The notes beneath the pieces are model-generated. The model ran no database searches and was not told the DNA's origin. It was given only the letters and a program-made list of their open reading frames with translations. Below are positions 11,816 to 23,917 of a DNA stretch of 64,000 nt, one piece after another. Every line of letters begins with the position of its first letter. The stretch's first letter is position 1. This stretch comes from Piromyces finnis finn. Its lineage: Eukaryota > Fungi > Neocallimastigomycota. Made by a program: the position numbers and the translations under genes. The stretch spans positions 744,001-808,000 of the forward strand of contig MCFH01000013.1 of assembly GCA_002104945.1 (NCBI GenBank). Reading direction: 5' to 3'.

Positions 11816-13093
11816 ATGATTTCAGAAATCAATTTTAATTTCAAAATGGATAGCTATTTTGAAGAAAATAAGAATATTGATAGTTTACACCAAACAGGAG
11901 TAAAGTATTTAATCTATAATTATTTAGCTGTAAGTATTGATTTTATACATATAATAAATATATTAATCATAAGATGTTTATTAATTTAAATTTAATATAT
12001 TTTTATTATACTTTAGAAATCTAAGAATTATGATTTATATGAAGGAAAATATTCTCAGATTGTTGAAAATAAAGACATAGTCATATATAGAAGTAAAGAA
12101 GGTTTACTCTTTTTAAAAGATAAAAGATCGGTAATTCATTGATTATATATATAAATGAAAATTTTATATACTTATTTTACTAATGTTTTTTTTTCTAATA
12201 ATATATTTTCTAATAATATAAAAAAAATTAGAATAAAAATGAAAAGATCAGATTAAATCAATTTAAACATAAAATTATTGATGTATCCGTAACAACAGGA
12301 TGCATTTTTGCGATAACTGAAGACAATGATCTTTATTATTTGTTTGTATTACCATTTATTGTTTTTTTATCTATTTATTTATAGATATGAATAATATTTT
12401 GAATAACATTATTAATTAACAATTACATTAGGACCTATAAAGTAGATCGCTCTTATATTTGTATTTTATGCGTAGATGATAACAGTAATGATTTAGAAGC
12501 CTCCGAATTTGTTGTTCTGGATGAAAATAAGAATAAAATAAAATTCAACAGAGTAATTACCAATAACTATCATGGTTTTTTAATTGATACAAATAATACA
12601 CCATGGGGGGTAAACATATAATATTTAATTTTTATAAACATATTAATATTTATTTCTAATGCATCATTGTATTTATATATTTATTTTTAGTTTGGAAGCA
12701 ATTGCATAAGCCAATTAGGAATAAATAGTAGTATGGTTTTGGAAATTTTCCATCCTATACTAATTAAAAGCTTTGAAAAAAAAACAGTTTTAAATATTTT
12801 TTGTGGAATGTTCCACAGTATGTTTCTTGTCGAGGGTGACGGAATATATCTCTGTGGAGATATAAATAATAATTATAAACAGAGACTTCATAATATTTTA
12901 TTTATTGATAATTTAAACAAATTCATCAATAACATAATATCAAAATATAATAATCAAAATATAAGATTAGATTTTGAAAAAAATAAAAAATTTAAATTAC
13001 TTAGAAGTAATAGTTTCCTTATCGATGAAAATAACAATAATAATAATAGTGATAATAGTGATAATAATAGTATTAATGATAGTAATCAGTTAA

Positions 13094-13144
<51 letters not shown>

Positions 13145-13362
13145 GAAAAAGAAAATTAGATTTTGAAAACATTAATATTGAATTCAAAAAAAAAGTTAAA
13201 AAAGCAAAAATCATTATTAATAATAATAATAATAGTAATAATATTAATAACAGTAGTATAAAATCAATTTTAAAAAAAAATACTAGTACAAAAGCACAAA
13301 GAGGTAATAAAAAAGTTAGATTCTTTATTGAAAATGAAAACAATAGTTTTGATAATAGTATA

Positions 13363-13410
<48 letters not shown>

Positions 13411-13984
13411 AAAAGAAAATTAAATTTAGGAGAAAACATTTATATTGAATTTAATAAGAATATTAAAAAAGCAAAAATAATTATTAATAATAATAATAAT
13501 AATAATAATAATTATGATAGTAATATTTATAATAATAATAATTATGATAGTAATATTTATAATAATAATATTAATAGTAATGATAATAGTAATAAAAGAA
13601 AACTAGATTTAGGAGAAAATATTAACATTGAATTCAAAAAAAAAGTTAAAAATGCAAAAATCATTATTAATAATAATAATAGTAGTAATAATAATAATGA
13701 TAATAATAGTATAAAATCAATTTTAAAAAAAAATACTAGTACAAAAGCACAAAGAAGTAATAAAAAAGTTAGATTCTGTATTGAAAATGAAAAAAACAAT
13801 CTTGATAGTACTATAAATAATAACGAAAGAAAATTAAATTTTTTAGATAACATTTATATTGAATTTAAAAAGAATATTAAAAAAGCAAAGATAATTATTA
13901 ATAACAATAGTAATAACAGTAATAATGATGATAATATTACAGTCAATAATAATGATAATAATGATAATATAAACAAAAATAGTA

Positions 13985-14021
<37 letters not shown>

Positions 14022-14460
14022 CCACAATAAAATCATTAGTAGCAGTATTAATAATAACTATAATAAAATCATTAGTAGCAGTATTAATAATAACTATAAT
14101 AAAATTATTAGTAGCAGTATCAATAATAACTATAATAAAATCATTAGTAGCAGTAATAACAGTAGCGATAATAACTATAATAAAATCAGTAATAACAGTA
14201 GCAATAATAACTATAATGAAATCATTAATAATAATAGTAGTAGTAGTAGTAATAATAATAACTATAATAAAATCATTAATAATAGTAGTAATAGTAGTAG
14301 TAGTAATAATAATAACTATAATAAAATCATTAGTAGCAGTAGTAGTAGTGATAATAACTATAATAAAATCATTAGTAACAGTAGTAGTAGTGATAATAAC
14401 TATAATAAAATCATTAGTAGTAACGATAATAACTTCAATAAAATCATTAGTAATAAGTAA
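11816..14460 (+). CDS. RCC1-like (RLD) repeat protein with long Asn-rich, internally duplicated tail, paralogue 2; 5 exons
   Basis: Inferred exons 11816-11929, 12017-12130, 12232-12341, 12432-12609, 12691-14460, all GT..TAG and frame-continuous. RCC1 blade: TPWG|FGSNCISQLG...IFCGMFHSMFLVEGDGIYLCGD. Exon 1 YLIYNYLA matches QLIYNYLI of paralogue 1. Confidence 0.85.
13145..13905 (+). repeat. Intragenic ~453-bp tandem duplication (KRKL-KAKIII / SILKK-KKVRF / KRKL-KAKIII module, x2)
   Basis: aaatcaattttaaaaaaaaatactagtacaaaagcacaaaga occurs at 13261 and 13714; four KRKL...IEF...AKIIINN units in the translation. Confidence 0.9.
14020..14457 (+). repeat. Coding minisatellite: ~13 copies of NYNKII(S/N)SS (aactataataaaatcattagt) separated by Ser/Asn runs
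   Basis: Visible directly in the DNA and in the 575-aa ORF translation. Confidence 0.9.
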
Positions 14461-15109
14461 TAGTTAATAATATCAATATAAATAATTTTATTGATAGGGA
14501 TGATTATAATATTCACGATAAAATGATTCTATAATTCTATAGAATTACTATTAATAATATTTTATTTTTATAATATTTTAATTATTTATTATATATTTTT
14601 TAATTATTTAATATATTTATATATTCTTTACATATTTTTAATTATATTATATATATATATATATATTTTACTAAGCAATTTTATAATTTCTTTTTAACTA
14701 CAATATAATTTTATTTAATATTTTTTAATTATTTTTAAGTATTTTTAATTATATTTTATATATTTTAATTATCTATTAAGCAATTTTATAATTCTCTTTT
14801 TAATATATTTTAAATAGATCAAATATTTTATAATTATTATATTTATATTATATATCTTAAATACAACATTTTTTAATAAATAATTTGAAATACAAATAAA
14901 TATATAGAAAACTATAATTTTTTAATACTATAATATACTCTTATCAATGTCAATTTTAAGAATAATAAATTATCATTTCTTTAATTCCATATCAAAAAAT
15001 AAAAATTTTATTTAATTATGTAAAAATAAAGTGAAGGTACTTTAATTATATTGCATATTATATAATATTTTGAGATATGTCATTATTTTTTAATTATTTT
15101 ATAATATAA

Positions 15110-15873
15110 TCATTATTACATAAATAAATAATATTTTTATTATGAAAGAACTTTTTAATTTAAATAGAGTCTTTAATTTAAAAATATATAATTTCATTAA
15201 AGTTAATATTAAATAAAGATTTAAATTACATTCTACCCTTTTTTTTTTGGAATTTTAATAATAATCACAAAAAATATATAAAGAGAGTGAAGTATTTTTA
15301 TATTAATAATGATAGTACTGATGGTAAATAAATATCAATGAATTTACGGATTTATGGATTTTATTATTTAATCACACTTTTTATGTATAATTAATAAAAA
15401 TTCGTGGATTGTAAATCGTAGAATAATAACATGCTTATTGTATAATAGTTGTATAATACAATTTTTTATTTCTTCAACTTTTATATTATCAATAATGTAA
15501 AAATGTAAATATAAAATGTAAAGTTATAATGTAAAGATAATAAAATTAAAATAAATGACTCATTCTAAAAGAAATCAATTCAAAATAATAAATCATATAA
15601 TAATAATTAAATACAAAGTATTTTCCTTTTTTGAAACTAAAGAGTTTTACTTTAAAATGTTACTAAACCTTATTTTTATTAAAAATTATAATAAAGTTAA
15701 TGAACAATAACGAATAATAATAAATAATAATAAATAATAATAGTATTATATACAGTAATTAATAACTCTTTAATTTTATGACAATATATTTTATATTGAT
15801 AAAAATATATTGATAAAAATGGATCTTTTATTTCTAATGTTATTGGTATATTCCATACTATTACTATTACTAT

Positions 15874-15940
<67 letters not shown>

Positions 15941-16606
15941 AAAATAACTTTATATTAATATTTTAAAGTGTTTGGCTTGTGTCTTAAATAGCTTTTATTC
16001 AAATTTTAATATATATATTCTTAATATTGTATTATTGTATTTTTGTTTTATTTTGCAAAAGTTTATAAACGCATATGATTTCTTCTTATTAATAAAGATC
16101 ATCATTTTTATTTTATTATTAATATATTATATAATATTATACAACTTAAAATTATTAATTAAATACATTTATAGTAAAAAAGAAAAAAAATTGTTTTAGA
16201 ATTTTATTATAATTTTTATTTTTAAAATTATTAATATATGATATATAAATTTATAATAATTCTAAACATTTATTTCATTTACTATTATAATATGAGTATA
16301 TATAATATTTGAATAATACTAATTATAAATATAAAATATATATTTAAATATATCTTTCTATTTTTTTTTTAAAAAAAATAAATATATAAGCATTGAATAA
16401 CTTTTTTTTTAAAATTTGAAAGTAAAAATGTATACCATAATTTTAATTTCTGTATATTTTTATTAATTAAAAAATTTTAAATTAATTTAATTTGTAAAAA
16501 AAATTTTTAAAAAAAAATCAAAAGTTTTATATTAAAATAGAAAACCTTAAATATTATAATTTTTTTATTTCACCATGATATTATTAGGCCCGGTGCGGTA
16601 CTAGTC
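15110..16606. repeat. Non-coding direct repeat A, copy 3
   Basis: Near-identical to copies 1 and 2; ends ggcccggtgcggtactagtc. Confidence 0.92.
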
Positions 16607-17115
16607 TTTTTTTCTTTTTCTCTTTTCTTATATATTTCTTTATTAAACTTTTTATATAAATAATATAAAACATATATACTAATATTAATAATAGTATTAT
16701 TTTTTTATTAATTTAATTTTTATTTCAATTAAGCAGATAAAAAAAATTAAGGAATTATATAATATAAACATAATTATAATATTTAATAAACAATTATTAA
16801 AATAACGGTCAAAAAGAAAATAAAGTATTTTTATATATTAAACAAATATATTCAAAATATACATTATAATTTAATAAATATATATTTATTTATTTAAACT
16901 TAAAACATTTTATAATAATATTTATAAATATATTATACAATACATATATTAATATTTATTTACAAATAAATAGAGAGGAATTCTAACTTTAATCTTAATT
17001 ACCCTTTTTTAATATTATATATAATATATACAATTCAATGCTATTCATTTATTTAAAATGAGTTTATCAATATGGGTTAAGCCTTTAATTATATAAATGA
17101 ATAGAAAATTATTTT

Positions 17116-17223
17116 TATTCATTATTATTATATTCATTATTATAGCCATAGTTATAAATATAATAACAGTACTTATAACAATATCTCGTTATTAGCATTT
17201 TTATTATCTCATGTGTTATTCTA

Positions 17224-17269
<46 letters not shown>

Positions 17270-17271
17270 TA

Positions 17272-17306
<35 letters not shown>

Positions 17307-17840
17307 TCTAATTATTATTATATACTATTAGTATTGTAGGAATAATTAATATTATAAAAAGTCCTTAAACCAATAAACTTTTTTTCCTTATTGCTTCATT
17401 GTAAAAGCCTCGTTTTTTTTTATTAATTAAAATAAAAGAAACTTTTCTTTTAATTTATTAAAATATATTATATCAATATATTACTTTGGTTTTCTAAATA
17501 GAAAAGAGTATAATCTTTACTGATATAATGATAAAGGATTCAGTAAAACAATTATTCCTTAATTAATAAAATGAATTCTATTTAAAAGAAGTTAATTCTA
17601 TATATTATACTATAAAGTAATATATACCCGTTTTTCTTTTAAAAATTAATATCGAGATGAAGTTATCTTTTATTAATATATATAATTAATAAAACTAAAG
17701 TTCTATTTAAATATATTAGTTATTAAAATGAAAATATATTCCAATATAATGATTTATATATTATTTCTTTGTTTCATATATACTTTTTTAATAGAATAAC
17801 AATTAAAAAGAAGTAAAAATAAATTATAATTATAAATCGT

Positions 17841-17939
<99 letters not shown>

Positions 17940-18014
17940 TTTTATTTATTTATTTTATTTATTTTATTTATTTTAATATAATTTTAAAGAATTAAATTTA
18001 ATTACGAAATTTTT
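17116..18014. repeat. Direct repeat B, copy 2 (shorter (TAT)n, longer (TTTA)n)
   Basis: Matches 4250..5226. Confidence 0.93.
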
Positions 18015-21000
18015 AATAAGTATTTTTAATATTTATATTATATTAAATATATATAATATAAATGGTTTTTATCTTTATAATATAAAAAGGTATAATATGG
18101 AAAGGGTAGATTATATTGCGTTATAGCATGATTATCGTAGATATTTACTAAACTATTATTATTATAATTAATTATTGAGCATCTCAAGCTCTGTAATGAA
18201 ACATATATATCTGCCATAACTTTCTTTTTTATAAGTGGTAACCCTTAAATCGACTAAGCATTTTCTATTATTAATCACCAACTAAAAAAATAATATTATT
18301 CATAGAAATTACTGTATTTACCAAGGAATGTTTTCTAGATAAGTTAAAATTTTATTTTGTTTTATAAATTGTTCTTCATTCTACTACATATTTGTTGTTT
18401 CTTCTTAGCTAAATCATATTTCTTAGCTCACACATAATAAGTTTTATGAGCAATATTTTTGACAGAATTAGCTGAAATATTATGATTTAAAAATTCATTT
18501 TTTGTTAATAAAGTTATATATAACCATTGATATTATAACTATTATTATTGTCAGTATTAAAAACCTTTTTCGAATTGTTCTATAAATAATTTATAACTCC
18601 ATAAAATGAGAATAATAATGTTAATAGGATAAATGATTCATTTAAATAAAGTTTATCTTTCTTGTTTCGGAAGGGTAATATTTCAAGATTAAGTATCATC
18701 ATTTTATTATTTATAAAACTTCATAATTATTTTTTTAGTACTTTTTTAAACATAACAACATAACACAAGTCTTTTCATAGTAATCTTTTTTTTCTACGAT
18801 TAATATTTAGTTAAAAAGAAAATTATCATTTTTACATTTATTTGATTGAATTATGAAAAATAAGTTTACACCATTTTCATAGTTAACACCTATTTTCTTA
18901 ATCTATTTCATAACCTTCATAATATTATGTAATTTTATATATTCATATCTTATTTTAATTCTATAAAAAAATATTATTAATTTAAATAATATCAAAATAT
19001 TTTTTTCAAATTTCTTGATATTTTTCTAAATCTTAAAAAAATATATCTTCTTTTAATTACTTTAAGTAGTATTGGCTTTTTTTTGTTGCAATTAAGAAAT
19101 TGACAATAGCCTAGACTCAAGAAATAAATGTTATGTTTTTCCAAACTTTAAATACTTTTTTTTTATAAAAAAAAAAGAGAATGATTATAGTCACATTTGT
19201 ATCAAGTCTTATTTAAAATATTTTTTATAAATTTATAAATTCTCAATTTATTTTAGCCTTTAGAATAAATTGAGAATTAATAAGGGACACAAAACTTAAA
19301 GTCCTAATATGATCATACGAACTTTATAAAAAGTTTATATTCTCTATTACTTTTTTGATAACTGAGGAACTTAACGTCATATCATTCAATGATATACTTG
19401 AACTTTCATTCCATATGGAAATATATTTATTTCTAAAAAAAAAAAACTTTAATTGTTTCTAATAGTATTTCTAATAATAATTTTTTTGGTTTAGAATTTT
19501 TACATGAATTATTCAATAGTATTTGTGATGGAAACTTTCACCACTCATGAGTTTAATATCGTTTTTATTTCTAAAAATGAATATTTAACAAATTATAATA
19601 ACTTTTATGATATTTCACATATTAACAATAATAATTACTATAATTATAATCTTAAGAACAATTTCATTAAACAAAAATAATGTGTTTTTCCCAATAGAGA
19701 AAAAAAAAGATTTAAATAATAAAAAGATTTTGAAAAAAGGATATTATCAGAATCTGAGAATAAAAGTAATTCAGTTTTCATAATCTTTATAAACAAGAAG
19801 GAAATATATATTTCTTGTTTTATTTAATTAATAATAATAAAAAAAGGTACAAGAATCTCTATTTATAAAATATGAGACCTTGGTGAACTGAAATAAAATC
19901 ATTCATTCAAATGGCTTTAATCTACTTTATTGATTTGTAATTCACAAGAAGTTAAAATCCACCAAGAAGGATCATATAAATATAGTTATAAATAGTTTTT
20001 ATTCTATCCCTTTCATAGTGAAAGTAATTAATAAACAGATTCATATATTAATTAAAATTTGTAATTACATATATAAAAAAATTAATATATAATATAAAAA
20101 GTAAAAAAAAAAAATAAATTAAAATAAATATAATACAATAATAAAAAAAGGATATAATGTATTTTAATAATTTCAATTAAAATAAGGACACTGCTAATAT
20201 ACCATAATAATTGGAGTTAACATCCACTAGGACTCGATATCATAAATCAAACTTTACCAGGAGACAATATTATTATCTTTATTGATTGTGCTGATCGTAT
20301 TAGCTTGTCTACCCATTTCTTCAACACTTCTAGTTGTTGAAATAATTATTCTCCACGTTAAGATTCATTGTATTATGAGAATTATCATTAACTAAAATAA
20401 AGTATTTATTCATATTAAATGAATTAGAATTTTTATTTTTTTCTATTTCTATAAATATTATTTCTCTATGACATTATTATCTCTAACCTTACTATAGTTA
20501 CTATTATCCCTATTAATTATCAATGTTATTGTCTTCAATATCTTTTATTAAGATAATTAAAAATATGAAACTAAATAATTATAATGTTTAATACCTTAAA
20601 TATTCAATTAAACAACATTGAAAGGACTTTGATTACTACTCTTGCATTATGACCAATAATTCAAATAAAAAAGATTAATTAATTTGGAAGTTTTAGCAAT
20701 TTTTAGTATTCAACTTTTATCCGCTTCTTGCTTTTAATAACCAACAAAAACCATACGAAAATATTGCTGTTAAGTAAATAAACACTAGTTTTTTTGTTTT
20801 TGTTTTTGTTTTTGTTTTTATTTTTTGAATGAACTAAGAATATTTAAACTTCTTAAAAAACTTGGTAATTTAATTTATGCTTTATTAAAAGTTAATAATT
20901 TTTTTTTAATGGCATCAAATATTTTTAAACTTTATTATTAATTAAAATTATAATACGAAAAATGGAAAATTCCTGGCTAAAAGTCTGGCTAAAATGGCCA

Positions 21001-21188
21001 AAAATCTAGGATTTATACTAAATCATTATAATACGTGTTTTATAAAAAAAAAATGTTTAAATAAACAAAAATGAATAAAAAGTGAGTATAATGTATTCTA
21101 GTAATTTTAATTAAAGTAAAAAAGCCACTATTATACTAAAGTACAATAATTGTATTTGACTTCCACCGAGTCAAAGATCAAAATTTTG

Positions 21189-21706
21189 TCATGGCACAAA
21201 ATTATGATCTCCATTGGTTGCGCTGGCCCTCCTGGCCTGTCTTACTGTTTCTTCAGCATTGACGTTCTTGGCTGTTACAATAGAGTATAGAGATATAAAT
21301 GATACAGCTTTATGAACTCCGACAACCCATCGTATTCCTTTGTTAACATGCTTCTGATCAATCCTAGACCTAGCTTTGTTGGATCCAAGTAATGGTGCAA
21401 AGTATAAAACTCTGCTAATCACTTGTGAGTTAAGTACTAGCTTTTTAAAAGGAATAGGAATATTAGGATTTCTTAAGAATTTACTGACTGAGAAAAGTTC
21501 TTTCAAAACCTTGTTATTAAGAGCTTTAATTACTAGTTTAAGGGACAAATTCTTATCAAATGGAACACCAAGATAAGTGTAGTTAAGTAAAATGGTAGAT
21601 CTTTCTTGTTCTGATTTTCTACTGATTCAGGATGAACCACCATCGTTGAACATTTCTGAATACTAAATTCCATTTCATTATACAAAGCCCATTCATTAAC
21701 TAAAAG
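21189..21706 (-). mobile_element. Decayed non-LTR retrotransposon (LINE) fragment: end of the RT palm plus thumb, with an internal deletion/frameshift
   Basis: One frame reads VNEWALYNEMEFSIQKCSTMVVHP...DLPFYL; a shifted frame continues NYTYLGVPFDKNLSL...FLRNPNIPIPFKKLVLNSQVISRVLYFAPLLGSNK...NKGIRWVVG. W...NEM...KC and YLG are the last RT motifs of non-LTR elements. GC is raised relative to the flanks. Confidence 0.75.
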
Positions 21707-22648
21707 TTAATAAATATTATAACTCTAATACCTCAAACAAATTATTATTATTTACTTCATTTTGAATTTTTTTAATACTTCTTTTTAAACAAATTTTGTA
21801 TATGTTAATGAAATTCTACTTTAAAAAAAAAATAAGTATTATATATAATTAAAATTAGAAAATAAGACACAATATTAAAATAAAAATTGAAATTACACCT
21901 AATTTTTTAAAAGATTTTTTACATCAAATGATATATTTATATATATTGATTTATTTAATATTAAAATGCATAATATGATAATAGATTTGTTAATATTTTT
22001 GACATAATATATTAATAGATTTTTATAACAAAGAAATAAAAAAAATTATTTTATAATGGCCATAAAAAATAAATAAAATATTCATTTTTTATATTCATTT
22101 TAATTAATTTTTCTTTCTTAAAATAAAAATAAAAAAAAAAAAAAAAAAAAGAGAAACTTTTTAGAAAAAATTAATATGTTTTTTAAAATAAAATATATAA
22201 TGAGCTCTTTATAATTTTGTCACATAATTAATACTAAAATCATTTGTTTTAAATGATTTTCTATAATAAATTATGAAATATGAATATTTGTGAATCCCTT
22301 TTTCCATTAGTATATCATTATTCTCTTTTGCTATTAATTCTAATTTATAAATATTATATAGAATAAATAAATTATTTAGTTTTTTTTTTTTTCTTATTTC
22401 ATTATTAAAATTATCGTCATATTTTTATAATTACCTTTACTCTTCATCATAGCTTAAATAATTGTATTATAAATTATAATTGACCTTATAAAAACATTAT
22501 GAAATTTATTGTATTGGAGGGATTTTATAAAGAAATGTTATAAATTTTTAATAATTATGTATCAAGTAATATTCAAATAATTTTATTTTTATTACTTTTC
22601 TTAGTAATATTGATATGAATGTATTAAACTTTGATGATTAAAAACTAC

Positions 22649-23723
22649 TTAATCATAGAAATCTGGACGAATGTCAACAATATCATATGAAGTATCCATT
22701 GGGAAGTGATAGAATTCTAATGGTGGGTTGTAAATATCAACTCTTGGAAGACCATCTGGATGATCACTAACGGTATTAATGGTAGTATCAAGTGGTGGAA
22801 GATCTGGAATGGCTAAAGAACTTTCAACATCAGATTTCTTGGACTTGTACTTGTAACCAATAAAGCAACCTAAACCAACAACGGCAAGAGCACCACTTAT
22901 ATATACACCATTACCATTATCTTCACCAACTTCTTTAACTTCCTTTTCTTCTTCTTCATCACCTTCAATTTCATTTACGCTAGTTTTATTATCAGCATCC
23001 ATTTCAATATTTTCCTTATCTTCCCATGGATACTTTTGGAAATCAATTTTTTCCTTAACCATCTTAATAGCACTGTCTTCGAATAATTTAACAAGTTCTT
23101 CTTGTTTAGCTTGAGCATAATCCTTAAAGACAGAAAGTCCTTCATAATTAACCTTTAAACTGATTTTACCTGCACTATCGACAACAGCCCAAATAACATT
23201 AACCTTTTCATCATCCTTGGAAATTTTATTAAAAGTACTCTTGTTTAAGATAACTTGAGCATCATCACATTCACTACTACTTTCAACAATTTTTGCCTTA
23301 ACCATTTTTGATTTAGTGTCTTCCTTGTAGTTAGTAGATAAAGCAACTACATAACGATCTTCACAATCTTTTTCAATTTTGGAATAAACATGATCACTCT
23401 ATATATATAAATACCAAATCTTATTAATAATCCTATTTCAATTTATATTTTTTTTACTATCACAAAAGATATATTAATTTTTACAAAATGACATTATAAA
23501 AAATACTTACAACAACAGCATATTGTTGCTTTAAACTTCCTAAATCGACTTTTTTACATTTACCATTTCCCTTAATACCATCAATTGCTCCACCAATATA
23601 TGTAGCAGTGTTAGAATATTTTGACTTTTTAATAACTTCTTGTTGTTCTACTTTTTTAGCAAGAGAAACTGAGAATAATGCAGTGGATAAAAGAAGAGCT
23701 TTACCAATTAAATTAAATTTCAT
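22649..23723 (-). CDS. Type I membrane protein, ~320 aa: signal peptide, degenerate RlpA/expansin-like double-psi beta-barrel, acidic linker, TM helix, Pro/Tyr-containing tail
   Basis: Exons 23723-23511 and 23398-22649 (gtaagt...tag, phase 0) join the two ORF-track fragments in frame. MKFNLIGKALLLSTALFSVSLA signal; ATYIGG...GKC...YAVVS...C...KAKIVESSSECDDAQVILNKSTFNKIS...VNVIW follows the DPBB pattern; TM VYISGALAVVGLGCFIGY (~22853-22906) followed by KYKSKK. Confidence 0.75.
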
Positions 23724-23806
23724 TTTGTAATTAATAAATTAAATTAGATGATTATGTCTTTAAATTAAAGAAATATTAAGTGTTTATATAAAAATTGTTT
23801 TAATTG

Positions 23807-23917
23807 TGCGATTTGTATTTTAAATTGCGTATTATTATTTGTTTAAATTGAATATACTGCGTAAATATAATATTAACAATAATTGATATATATAATGCGT
23901 AATGTTAAATTATTGCG
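23807..23917. promoter_or_regulatory. Cluster of five same-orientation TGCG(T/A) motifs ~85-195 bp upstream of the DPBB gene
   Basis: tgcga 23807, tgcgt 23826, 23858 and 23896, tgcga 23914 in otherwise CpG-poor DNA; function is inferred. Confidence 0.4.

Noticed and set aside
13086-14467. Poly-Leu/Ile/Val ORFs on the opposite strand or in alternative frames
   Set aside because: Shadows of the Asn/Ser codon runs in RCC1-like paralogue 2.
18232-18255. 24-bp match to the LRR C-cap DNA (taagtggtaaccc..aaatcga)
   Set aside because: No flanking similarity and stops in frame; probably chance.
18100-20800. Stop-riddled stretches with faint coding-like or LINE-like words (e.g. IVFVMET at ~19515; KVWKNITF on the minus strand at ~19130)
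   Set aside because: Motifs are on conflicting strands and not in RT/endonuclease order; no element can be supported without a profile search.
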